A stretch of 25,807 bases of DNA from Promethearchaeia archaeon (GTDB lineage Archaea; Asgardarchaeota; Lokiarchaeia; Sigyniarchaeales; SOKP01), in assembly GCA_046497275.1 (NCBI GenBank), contig JAWOFX010000155.1:1-25807 (forward strand), in the 5' to 3' direction. The notes below the pieces were generated by a model, which saw nothing but the letters and a program-made list of their open reading frames with translations, was not told the DNA's origin and ran no database searches. Every line of letters starts with the position of its first letter. The stretch's first letter is position 1. Shown here piece by piece: positions 8,756 to 17,009 of the stretch. The translations under genes were made by a program, and so were the position numbers.

Positions 8756-10117
8756 ATGAGTATTTTCGATAAAGTAATAGAGATATACAATAACGAATTC
8801 TTATGTATTTCTTGTTTAGGCAGGATGTTTTCTTTGTTGGGAACGAATACGACAAACAAAGAGCGAGGTGATTCATTATTATTATCACTCACAATGGATC
8901 TTCATCAAAAATTATTATCTGGTGAGCAAATAGATAGAGAAAAGGCTAAGCAAAATCTCATTATTTTATCTGAAAAAGCAAGATATCTTCCAGCAAAATT
9001 AGTTCTCGAAAAAGAAGGAATAGAAAGTTTTTGGAAATCAGAAAAACCAGATTGTTATATATGCCACAATATCTTCGATAATTTAGAAAAATATGCCAAA
9101 AAAGCACAAGAAAAAGTTTCTGATTATGAATTCACATCTTTTTTAGTAGGTTCGAGCCCGGATGCGATTATTCTAAATAAAGAGGATAAATTCAAGGTAA
9201 CCAATCATATTCTTGAGGCAGAATCATTTAAATCACATTTCAATAGAGAGATAGGAAAACTGTTATCAGAAATATTTGGCAAAGAGCCAGAATTTCATTA
9301 TCCCGATCTTACGTTAATCTATACCATAAATTATGAAACTTTTTCGATTAATTTAATTATCCGCTCACTATTCATTTATGGGCGATACAAAAAACTCATT
9401 CGAGGTATACCCCAAACTCGGTGGCCTTGTGGAAAATGTAATGGGAAAGGGTGTGAAGCTTGTGATTTTACAGGAAAACAGTATGAAACCAGTGTTGAAG
9501 AATTAATTTGTCAAGAATTTGTAATAGCCTCTCAAGCTGAAGGTTCCAAATTTCATGGTGCTGGGAGAGAAGATATTGATGTTCGAATGTTAGGTTCAGG
9601 AAGACCCTTTATTTTAGAACTTATCAATCCAAAGATAAGAACCTTGGATTTGATTCAGATTAAACAAAAGATTAATTCAAAAAATGAAGGAAAGGTTGAA
9701 GTGGAGAATTTAAGATATAGTGATAAAAATGAAGTAATACAGATCAAAGAAGAGGCAGAAGATACACAAAAAACCTATAGAGCACTCATCAGAGGGGAAG
9801 AAGAAATAAAACAATCTGAATTTGATCAAAAACTAAAATTAATTAAACAGCAAATTGAAGAAGAAATACTTGAGCAGCGAACCCCTCATAGGGTATCTCA
9901 TCGTAGAGCAGATAAAGTAAGAAATAAAAAAATTTATGAGATCGAGGGTACATATCTAAAGCCCGATCTTTTTGAATTTCTTATAAAAAGCCAAGGTGGG
10001 ACATATATTAAAGAATTAATTACCGGTGATCAAGGGAGAACTTCACCCTCTCTAACCGAAATTTTCGGATTTGCATTAATATGTGAGCAACTTGATGTAG
10101 TTAATATTAATTCTTAA
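8756..10117 (+). CDS. pus10: tRNA pseudouridine(54/55) synthase Pus10
   Basis: N-terminal CxxC..CxxC, THUMP-like region, YGRYKKLIRGIPQTRW, catalytic FHGAGREDIDVRMLGSGRPF and QGGTYIKELI. It sits upstream of rpl21e as in the conserved archaeal cluster. Confidence 0.95.
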   Translation: MSIFDKVIEIYNNEFLCISCLGRMFSLLGTNTTNKERGDSLLLSLTMDLHQKLLSGEQIDREKAKQNLIILSEKARYLPAKLVLEKEGIESFWKSEKPDCYICHNIFDNLEKYAKKAQEKVSDYEFTSFLVGSSPDAIILNKEDKFKVTNHILEAESFKSHFNREIGKLLSEIFGKEPEFHYPDLTLIYTINYETFSINLIIRSLFIYGRYKKLIRGIPQTRWPCGKCNGKGCEACDFTGKQYETSVEELICQEFVIASQAEGSKFHGAGREDIDVRMLGSGRPFILELINPKIRTLDLIQIKQKINSKNEGKVEVENLRYSDKNEVIQIKEEAEDTQKTYRALIRGEEEIKQSEFDQKLKLIKQQIEEEILEQRTPHRVSHRRADKVRNKKIYEIEGTYLKPDLFEFLIKSQGGTYIKELITGDQGRTSPSLTEIFGFALICEQLDVVNINS

Positions 10118-10219
10118 GCTTATATGCATCCAAATTCTCGTGCTAATATTGGCAAAATCACAAAATAAATAAACTATTCTTCATAAACTAGTAATAAGAA
10201 TTAAATACTATTCAGAAAA

Positions 10220-10522
10220 ATGACTCTACACAAAGGATATCGTAATAAATCTCGGAAAAAATATCGAAAAAAACCTCGGCAGAAGGGTTTGGGGGCAATA
10301 GATAAATATTTAATAGACTATGAGATTGGAAATAAAGTCAATATTATCGCTGACCCTTCTCAACAGAAAAGAGGGCTCCCTCATAGGAGATATCATGGAA
10401 GAACTGGTGTTATTACAGGCATTAGAGGAAGATGTTTTGAAGTTGACGTTAAATTGGGAAATTCGAATAAAACAATAATTATTGGTAGAGAACATTTAAA
10501 ACTTAATTCTAGTTCTAATTAA
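10220..10522 (+). CDS. rpl21e: 50S ribosomal protein L21e (eL21)
   Basis: KGYRNKSR, GLPHRRYHGRTGVI and KTIIIGREHLK motifs, plus operon context. Confidence 0.95.
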   Translation: MTLHKGYRNKSRKKYRKKPRQKGLGAIDKYLIDYEIGNKVNIIADPSQQKRGLPHRRYHGRTGVITGIRGRCFEVDVKLGNSNKTIIIGREHLKLNSSSN

Positions 10523-10552
10523 ATACTCTAAAAATTGATTTTTGTGATTTAA

Positions 10553-10918
10553 ATGTTTGGACGTAAAATTGATGAGAAATCTGTGTCAATACCAGAAGTC
10601 AAAAAAATTATGGAAGATATAAAGGATCAAATGACTGAAATTGACCCAGAGGAGGGATTATCTCATTTCCAAGAGATTACTTATAATTATGTAAACAAGT
10701 TTTCAAAATTATCGGTAAAAGATGCTTTAAAGATTAAAAAATTTTTGATGGATAAATATAATATTGAAGAGATTTACACCATCAATATTGTAAACATAGA
10801 TCCAAAAACAGTCCCTGAGTTACGCATGATCTTAGAAAAGAGTCATATAGGTAAATCTTTAAATGAGGATGAGTTACAAGAAATTCTTTATCAAATTGAA
10901 GAATTGAAATCCTCTTAA
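10553..10918 (+). CDS. rpoF: DNA-directed RNA polymerase subunit Rpo4 (RpoF)
   Basis: VSIPEVKKIM, YNYVNKFSKL, IVNIDPKTVPELRMIL and ELQEIL motifs; conserved position after rpl21e. Confidence 0.9.
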   Translation: MFGRKIDEKSVSIPEVKKIMEDIKDQMTEIDPEEGLSHFQEITYNYVNKFSKLSVKDALKIKKFLMDKYNIEEIYTINIVNIDPKTVPELRMILEKSHIGKSLNEDELQEILYQIEELKSS

Positions 10919-11090
10919 TTTTATATAGCATAAAATTTTAAGTCTATATAGATAGAATATTAATACCGAATAATTTATATACACAGATAAGTTAACTTTT
11001 TAATGACCCTTTTTCGATATAACTGAGATTTCAAGATATAAAAATAAATTATGGTCAGAACTAAAATAAAAAGGAAGAGAGTGGGTAAAG

Positions 11091-11741
11091 ATGGACAGAA
11101 GGCCAAGAGATCGATACAGAAGAAAGCCTCGAGGAGGATCCTATCGAAAAGGCTCTCACAAAAAAAAACAATTTATAAAACGAGAACGAGATGTAATAAT
11201 CTTAGATCTCTTGCCGCATGGACATGTGGGTGATGAAAAACCAAGTTGGGCAAGAGCCCCTCTCGCTCAAGTGCTTACTTTCCCTGATTTTGTCTTATAT
11301 GAGGTAAAATATAATAGAGATTCAGAAATTAAAGTTCAAGAGAAGGATACTTATGAGAATTTTCGCAATAATAAAAAATTAGGGGAAGTTTTGCGTAAAA
11401 TTGATTATGATGATCTCACAAATACCTCAAAAGCTTTAATTCAACCAATAATAGAGAAGGAAGTTGTAAATTATGAAGATTTATTTATTAGATTCTTTAA
11501 TAATTCAACCTCAATTACACCTAGACTGCACTCTCTCAAATTAATTCCGGGAATCGGACAAAAACATATGTGGGAAATCTTAGAAGCAAGAGACAGACAA
11601 GAATTTGTTACTTTCCAAGATATTTCCGATCGAACCAGTATCTCTAATCCTGGAAAGCAAATAGCACTTCGAATTATAAAAGAACTTCAAAGGGAGGGAA
11701 TCAAGTATTATCTCTTCAGTAAGACCAAAAGATATGAATAA
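11091..11741 (+). CDS. DUF655 family putative RNA-binding protein (OB-fold plus HhH) with an Arg/Lys-rich N-terminal extension
   Basis: IILDLLPHG, PLAQVL, YDDLTNTSK and FFNNSTSITPRLHSLKLIPGIGQKHMWEILEAR motifs; conserved position between rpoF and ksgA. Confidence 0.9.
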   Translation: MDRRPRDRYRRKPRGGSYRKGSHKKKQFIKRERDVIILDLLPHGHVGDEKPSWARAPLAQVLTFPDFVLYEVKYNRDSEIKVQEKDTYENFRNNKKLGEVLRKIDYDDLTNTSKALIQPIIEKEVVNYEDLFIRFFNNSTSITPRLHSLKLIPGIGQKHMWEILEARDRQEFVTFQDISDRTSISNPGKQIALRIIKELQREGIKYYLFSKTKRYE

Positions 11742-11752
11742 TTCATCCAATT

Positions 11753-12616
11753 ATGAATAAAAAAGAAGTAAAACTAGTTCTGAAAAACCTTGATTTATCT
11801 CCTAAAAAATCTCTAGGACAAAACTTTCTTACTGATGAGCGAACTCTATCCAAAATCATTCAATTTTCAGATATTAGTCGTAAAGATATCATCTTAGAGA
11901 TAGGTTCGGGATTAGGAGCTCTCACAAAGAAACTCATTGAGAATGCAAATAAAGTATATGCATATGAAATAGATAAAAAGCTATATCAACATTTAATGAA
12001 GAAATTTTCCCATATCTCCAATTTAAAATTAATAAATCAAGATATTTTAGAAGAAAGTTTACCCGACCATAATAAAGTTGTATCAAATATACCTTATTCG
12101 ATAACTGGTCCTATTTTAGAAAAAGTTTTTTTCAAATCCAATCCTCCTGAAGGAAATCTATTAATTGAAAAAACCATTGCTGATAGGGTTTTTTATAAAG
12201 ATAAATATCATAATTTTTCACGAATCACAGTAACAGTTAATTCATTTATGGAATCAACTGAAAGAATACAAATTTCTAAAAATTCATTTTATCCGAGTCC
12301 GAAAATAAATTTAAGTCTCATAAAACTAAAACCAAGACAAAAAATTCATCCTTTTCTTCTTCATCAAAAAACTCGACAATTTTTCTTAAAATTTATAGCA
12401 GGTATAATGCCTTACAAAAACAAAAATATTGCGAATGCGATAAAACTTTTTTTGAAAGAAGAAAATATCACTGCGATCGACAAAGATAAAGTAATCAATA
12501 AACTGAAAGAGAATAACTATAAGAATCAGAAAGTAAGTCAGTTTGCTATTGATAATTTTGCTTCAATAGCAGAGAAAATTTATAGAATGATAAATATGGA
12601 GGCCGACTCGCCATAA
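11753..12616 (+). CDS. rsmA: 16S rRNA (adenine-N6,N6)-dimethyltransferase KsgA/RsmA/Dim1
   Basis: PKKSLGQNFL, ILEIGSGLGALT, AYEID, VVSNIPYSIT and FYPSPKINLS motifs. Confidence 0.95.
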   Translation: MNKKEVKLVLKNLDLSPKKSLGQNFLTDERTLSKIIQFSDISRKDIILEIGSGLGALTKKLIENANKVYAYEIDKKLYQHLMKKFSHISNLKLINQDILEESLPDHNKVVSNIPYSITGPILEKVFFKSNPPEGNLLIEKTIADRVFYKDKYHNFSRITVTVNSFMESTERIQISKNSFYPSPKINLSLIKLKPRQKIHPFLLHQKTRQFFLKFIAGIMPYKNKNIANAIKLFLKEENITAIDKDKVINKLKENNYKNQKVSQFAIDNFASIAEKIYRMINMEADSP

Positions 12617-13293
12617 ATTATCCCGATCCCGTTATAAACTATATAAAAGATAACGTTTATACTCCCTCTGATGATACGTATCTCCTCTTGGATCATTTGA
12701 AACAAAATATAACTCCAATTGAGTTTGATGGAATAAAAATCCAACACGTAAGGAATATTTTAGATATGGGAACGGGAACAGGTATACTCGCCATTCTTCT
12801 TCAAATCGTTAAAACCGTAAATCTTAATTTTAATGCTAACATTTTCGCTTCTGATATCAACCAAAACGCTCTCATCTCTGCAAAACGAAATGAAAAATTG
12901 AATGGATTATCCGAGGAGATAACTTTTATTAAATCAAATTTATTCGGTTCATTCCCTGAAAGTCTTAAGGGTAGATTTGATATTATAATCTTTAACCCTC
13001 CTTATTTACCATCTATCGAAAAAGAGGATATTTTTAAAAGCGAAGAAAACGATCGTTCGTGGGAGGGGGGAATTAAAGGATTTGAAATCTTTCTAAAATT
13101 TCTAGTTCAAGTAAAAAAATTCATGAATTTTGAATATAAATCATTTATTTATTATATTTCCTCCTCGAAAACTGATTTGAAGGAATTAGATAGGAAAATA
13201 TTAGAACAAGGATTCAAAAATGAAGAAATGGATAAGAAACATGTATTTTTCGAAGATATAATTTTAAATAGGTTAACTCTTAAAACTTCCTAA
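12613..13293 (+). CDS. hemK: HemK2/PrmC-family SAM-dependent methyltransferase (release-factor Gln methylase / N6AMT1-like); start probably upstream of the called TTG at 12688
   Basis: The frame is open upstream of 12688 and encodes INYPDPVINYIKDNVYTPSDDTYLLLDHL (the family N-terminal VYxPxxDTxLL motif). Also present: LDMGTGTGIL, ASDIN and IIFNPPYLP. The 12613 (ATA) start is inferred. Confidence 0.85.
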   Translation: MNYPDPVINYIKDNVYTPSDDTYLLLDHLKQNITPIEFDGIKIQHVRNILDMGTGTGILAILLQIVKTVNLNFNANIFASDINQNALISAKRNEKLNGLSEEITFIKSNLFGSFPESLKGRFDIIIFNPPYLPSIEKEDIFKSEENDRSWEGGIKGFEIFLKFLVQVKKFMNFEYKSFIYYISSSKTDLKELDRKILEQGFKNEEMDKKHVFFEDIILNRLTLKTS

Positions 13294-14567
13294 AAAGGCC
13301 TTCGATCTCTTCTTTTTTTTAAAAGATTGAATCCATATTTGTTTAATTTGCGTCTAAGATTATCAAATAATAAATTTATTTCTTGGGATGTGAAAACAGC
13401 CCTTCTGTGTGCTTCAATCTGTGGTATGGGAAGACCATAAGCTTCATTTAAATTAGAGATTGGTAAAAGGATTTTGGATATAAGATCCGCCTTTCTAGTA
13501 GCCTCTTCATATTGATGGTTCTCTTCGATGAAAAACTCAATTCTACAAGGCATATCATATGCCGTAGTTTTGAGATAAAATGCATAAAAATCTAAGGGAA
13601 AATAATAAGGAATTTCTTTTTTTATACCTGTATCTCTTATTTTATCTACATCGGTTTTACAATTAAATATACAACTTCTTTCATTTTTTTTTAATAATCT
13701 TTTAAATAGATCCAAATCGGAAAAATAGTTCATTGTTTCTCGATAATTTAAATTAATGAACTCTTCCAAATGGTTATGGCTAGGCTTAAAATATTGAATT
13801 GAATCTCGTATAAGATGGTTTAGAGCAGATGTTCGTGTGTCTTTTATTGATCCAATAAGGATAATTCCGTTTTTTTTACAATTTTGATATAATCTATGAT
13901 ATTCTTTCAAGAGAAAATCATATTCATTACTAATATTAGGATCTTTTGAAAAAAGTAGATTAATCGGCATAATTACTACAGAGCCATCAATTATTATTAG
14001 ATCAATATTCGGTGTATCCTTAATTAATTCATTTAGAAGATGGATTTCCATATAGGTCATATCAAGCGATGATTTGGTGTCGATATAATTATCATCTTTA
14101 TTCTTTAAATTAACTTGAAGATCATAGTTATTGAATCCGTTGAAATCAGGAAAATAATTGATTCGTGCCTTTTCATTTTCATAAAAATAATACTTAACTG
14201 CTATTGCTTTTAAAAATGAAATATCTACATTCATAAATTTTTTTATCACTGAACTTCCATCAACACTGACTATGCTTAACCCTCTAATATTAGAGGTTTC
14301 TACTTTTTTTATTAAACTCGATTCTTTTATATAGTATTTTGGATGATTTATGAACTTATTAAAATCGAGCTTTTCTAAATTCGATAAAATCGCTTCAATG
14401 AATGCATTTTTTAAATTTTCAATTTCTTTGCACTCAAGCGCAATATTTTCTATTTGATTCAGAAGAAGTTCTTCTTTTGTGACACCAATTTTATTGAGAA
14501 GAAGTTCTTCATCAATCGTATTTTTAGTCTCTTTATCAGTACTAAAATAATCACGATCAGTTATCAT
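13290..14567 (-). CDS. nurA: NurA-family 5'-3' nuclease
   Basis: VSVDGS, IIIDGS, IGSIKDTRTS and YGLPIPQIEAHRRAV motifs of the RNase H-like NurA domain. It overlaps the hemK stop by 4 nt in convergent orientation. Confidence 0.8.
   Translation of the reverse strand: MITDRDYFSTDKETKNTIDEELLLNKIGVTKEELLLNQIENIALECKEIENLKNAFIEAILSNLEKLDFNKFINHPKYYIKESSLIKKVETSNIRGLSIVSVDGSSVIKKFMNVDISFLKAIAVKYYFYENEKARINYFPDFNGFNNYDLQVNLKNKDDNYIDTKSSLDMTYMEIHLLNELIKDTPNIDLIIIDGSVVIMPINLLFSKDPNISNEYDFLLKEYHRLYQNCKKNGIILIGSIKDTRTSALNHLIRDSIQYFKPSHNHLEEFINLNYRETMNYFSDLDLFKRLLKKNERSCIFNCKTDVDKIRDTGIKKEIPYYFPLDFYAFYLKTTAYDMPCRIEFFIEENHQYEEATRKADLISKILLPISNLNEAYGLPIPQIEAHRRAVFTSQEINLLFDNLRRKLNKYGFNLLKKRRDRRPF
14461..14510. 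repeat. 14-bp direct repeat AGAAGAAGTTCTTC (14461-14474 and 14497-14510) inside nurA, encoding EELLL twice with a 12-codon period
   Basis: Exact match read from the sequence. The protein reads DEELLLNKIGVTKEELLLNQ. Confidence 0.8.
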
Positions 14568-14931
14568 TTAAGATTAATTAAAAAAAAGTTAAATCTTAAT
14601 ATTTATGAGATATTCAGTTTACTGATTTATTAAAAATTGGGCGCTTAAATATTTAAGTTAGACTCAAATTTTCATGGAATTCAATGATTTATTTATAAAG
14701 ATTTTATTAGGATATACCATGAATTTGTGGTGTTTTTTGCTCTAAATGAAAACTAATGAAAATGAAAATAATAATCCACTATAATAAGTTTTTATTTCCC
14801 AATGATTATATAGTATTATAAGAAAATATTTTGAATAATATAATATAAAATAATAATTTCCAAGTTTAAAAACTCTTCAAATTAGCTTTATTAGCATTTT
14901 TAAATTAAATAAAGATTTTAGGGAAAAAATT

Positions 14932-15477
14932 GTGGTAGATTTTGACTTTACTTTTAAGCTATTAATGTTGGGAGATGCGGCAGTAGGAAAAACGTCACTT
15001 ACAATTAGATATATTTCCGGATCATTTTTAGAAGATTTAAAATTGACTATAGGAGTTGATTTTTTTAGTAAGACCATTAATTTTAAAGGTAAAGGAGTTA
15101 AATATCAAATTTGGGATTTTGGAGGAGAGGAAAGATTTCGATTTCTCTTACCTCAATATTGTAGAGGAGCTAATGGGGCTTTCTTTTTGTATGATATAAC
15201 TAAATCCGTTTCTTTAGAACATTTACCCGAGTGGACAAGCATCATAAGGGAACATGCAGGAGACATTCCAATTATGCTTATAGGTGCTAAGCTTGATTTA
15301 TATAAATATAGAGAAGTTTCTCGACAAGATGGTATTGAAGCAGCTCAAAAATATAATCTCGCTTCATTTGTTGAACTTTCTTCTAAGACGGGTCAAAATG
15401 TCGAAGAGGCTTTTGATTTAATGACAGAAATCTTGTTTGAAAAGTATATTTATCCTACAGAAAATAATATAACTTAA
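14932..15477 (+). CDS. Ras-superfamily (Rab-like) small GTPase
   Basis: G1 GDAAVGKT, G2/RabF1 TIGVDF, G3 WDFGGEE, RFRFL, YCRGA, LYDIT, G4 GAKLD and G5 SSKTG. GTG start; no C-terminal Cys prenylation motif. Confidence 0.95.
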   Translation: MVDFDFTFKLLMLGDAAVGKTSLTIRYISGSFLEDLKLTIGVDFFSKTINFKGKGVKYQIWDFGGEERFRFLLPQYCRGANGAFFLYDITKSVSLEHLPEWTSIIREHAGDIPIMLIGAKLDLYKYREVSRQDGIEAAQKYNLASFVELSSKTGQNVEEAFDLMTEILFEKYIYPTENNIT

Positions 15478-15554
15478 TACAAACCAAAGATTTTCTTATT
15501 TAATACTTGTTATTCTTTTAGTGTACCCTAATATTTAATGATATAAGAATATAA

Positions 15555-16982
15555 ATGAATGATTTTGAGCAATTATTTGATCCTAAAGCGATTGCAATAA
15601 TAGGTGTAAATGAAAAACCTTATGGTGGGGGATATTTTCTTTCTTGTTTAAAAGCTATTGGATTTGAAAGGGCAATTTATTTACTTAATCCACGCCTCAA
15701 AGGAGAAAAAGTATTAGGTTACCGAGTATATGGATCGATTCAAGAGATAGATGGTGACCAACCTATTGATTATGCCATAATTGCAATTCCTGCTGAGAAA
15801 TGTCCTCAAATCTTAGAAGAAGTGGGAAAAAAGAAAGTTCCTTTTGTCACTATATTCTCTTCAGGATTTTCAGAGGTTGGAAACAAATATTTAGAAAAAG
15901 AGATATTAGATATTGCTAATAAATATAATATTCGGATAATCGGACCGAATTGCTTGGGTGTATACAATCCAAAATCAAAATTATCAATTAGTCGTTGGCA
16001 AACCTCAGTCCCAGGGAAATTCGGACTGATAAGTCAATCAGGGGGGCTTTCAATCAATATTTCTAATATTTCAATTCATAGCTACTCAACCAATATAAGT
16101 AAATTGATCTCTATAGGAAATCAGATTGATCTAAACGTTATTGATTTTTTATCCTATTTTAAGGATGATGATCAAACAAAGATTGTTGGATTGTATCTTG
16201 AGAATTTAAAAGGTGAAAATCCTCGAAAAGGAAAGGAATTTATAAAGATTTTAAAAGAGATCACACTTAGTGAAAAACCTGTTATTTTATGGAAAGTAGG
16301 TTATGGAGAATCTACAAAGGAAGCAATTTTATCTCACACAGGTGGTATGGCGGGCTCCCATAAAATATGGAAAGATATAGCTAAACAAACCGGTGTTATA
16401 TTGGTCAACAACACTCTAGAACTTGTATCTCTCGCTATGGCTTTTAATTTCCTTGATTTCAGAAAAATTGAAAGGAATAAATTGGGTATAATTGCTGTTG
16501 GAGGTGGTAGTTCAATTGAATTAACGGAGGAAATGGAGATGAATGGTTTAAAGGTTCCTGCTTTGTCAAAGAAAACCAAAGATAAATATCAGACCTTTTT
16601 ACCTGATGTGAACACCATAATTAGAAATCCCTTAGATCTTGGAGGTGATGGATTGATGCCGAATATTTTTGGAAAATCACTATTAACAATGGATCAAGAT
16701 CCCAATATTTCCATAGTAATTTTTATTAAACCATACTATTTAACTAAAGCTTTTAGTGACGCAATAATTAACGCAAAAAATCAAATGAAAAAACCTTTAG
16801 TATGTATTGCTCCAAAAATTAGGGATAATTTAGAAGATTTTCAGGAACGAATTACTTTCAAAAAAGCACTTTTTGATGTAGGAATCCCGATTTTTGAATC
16901 TGTTGATCTCGCAGCAAAAGCGATAAAAAACTTATGTAATTATACAGAATTCTTAGATAAGCACAATCATAGTAAAAATTAA
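15555..16982 (+). CDS. ADP-forming acyl-CoA synthetase (ACD) alpha subunit / CoA-binding protein
   Basis: LFDPKAIAIIG, IIGPNCLG, ISQSGG, ISIGNQID, phospho-His motif SHTGGMAG, GGGS and NPLDLGG. No fused ATP-grasp domain. Confidence 0.88.
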   Translation: MNDFEQLFDPKAIAIIGVNEKPYGGGYFLSCLKAIGFERAIYLLNPRLKGEKVLGYRVYGSIQEIDGDQPIDYAIIAIPAEKCPQILEEVGKKKVPFVTIFSSGFSEVGNKYLEKEILDIANKYNIRIIGPNCLGVYNPKSKLSISRWQTSVPGKFGLISQSGGLSINISNISIHSYSTNISKLISIGNQIDLNVIDFLSYFKDDDQTKIVGLYLENLKGENPRKGKEFIKILKEITLSEKPVILWKVGYGESTKEAILSHTGGMAGSHKIWKDIAKQTGVILVNNTLELVSLAMAFNFLDFRKIERNKLGIIAVGGGSSIELTEEMEMNGLKVPALSKKTKDKYQTFLPDVNTIIRNPLDLGGDGLMPNIFGKSLLTMDQDPNISIVIFIKPYYLTKAFSDAIINAKNQMKKPLVCIAPKIRDNLEDFQERITFKKALFDVGIPIFESVDLAAKAIKNLCNYTEFLDKHNHSKN

Positions 16983-17009
16983 GCCTTTTTAATGATTTTA
17001 ATTAGAAAT

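Noticed and set aside
8703-8892. Two short minus-strand ORFs (61 and 60 aa) antisense to the pus10 start
   Set aside because: Shadow ORFs overlapping a well-supported gene, with no recognisable motifs.
11051-11233. 60-aa Lys/Arg-rich ORF resembling a small ribosomal protein
   Set aside because: It overlaps the DUF655 gene in another frame. The basic composition follows from the purine-rich sequence, and no ribosomal-protein motif is recognisable.
14568-14599. Inverted repeat TTAAGATT-N16-AATCTTAA directly upstream of the nurA ATG
   Set aside because: The arms are only 8 bp and almost entirely A/T in a very AT-rich region, so the repeat is expected by chance and would be unstable as a hairpin.
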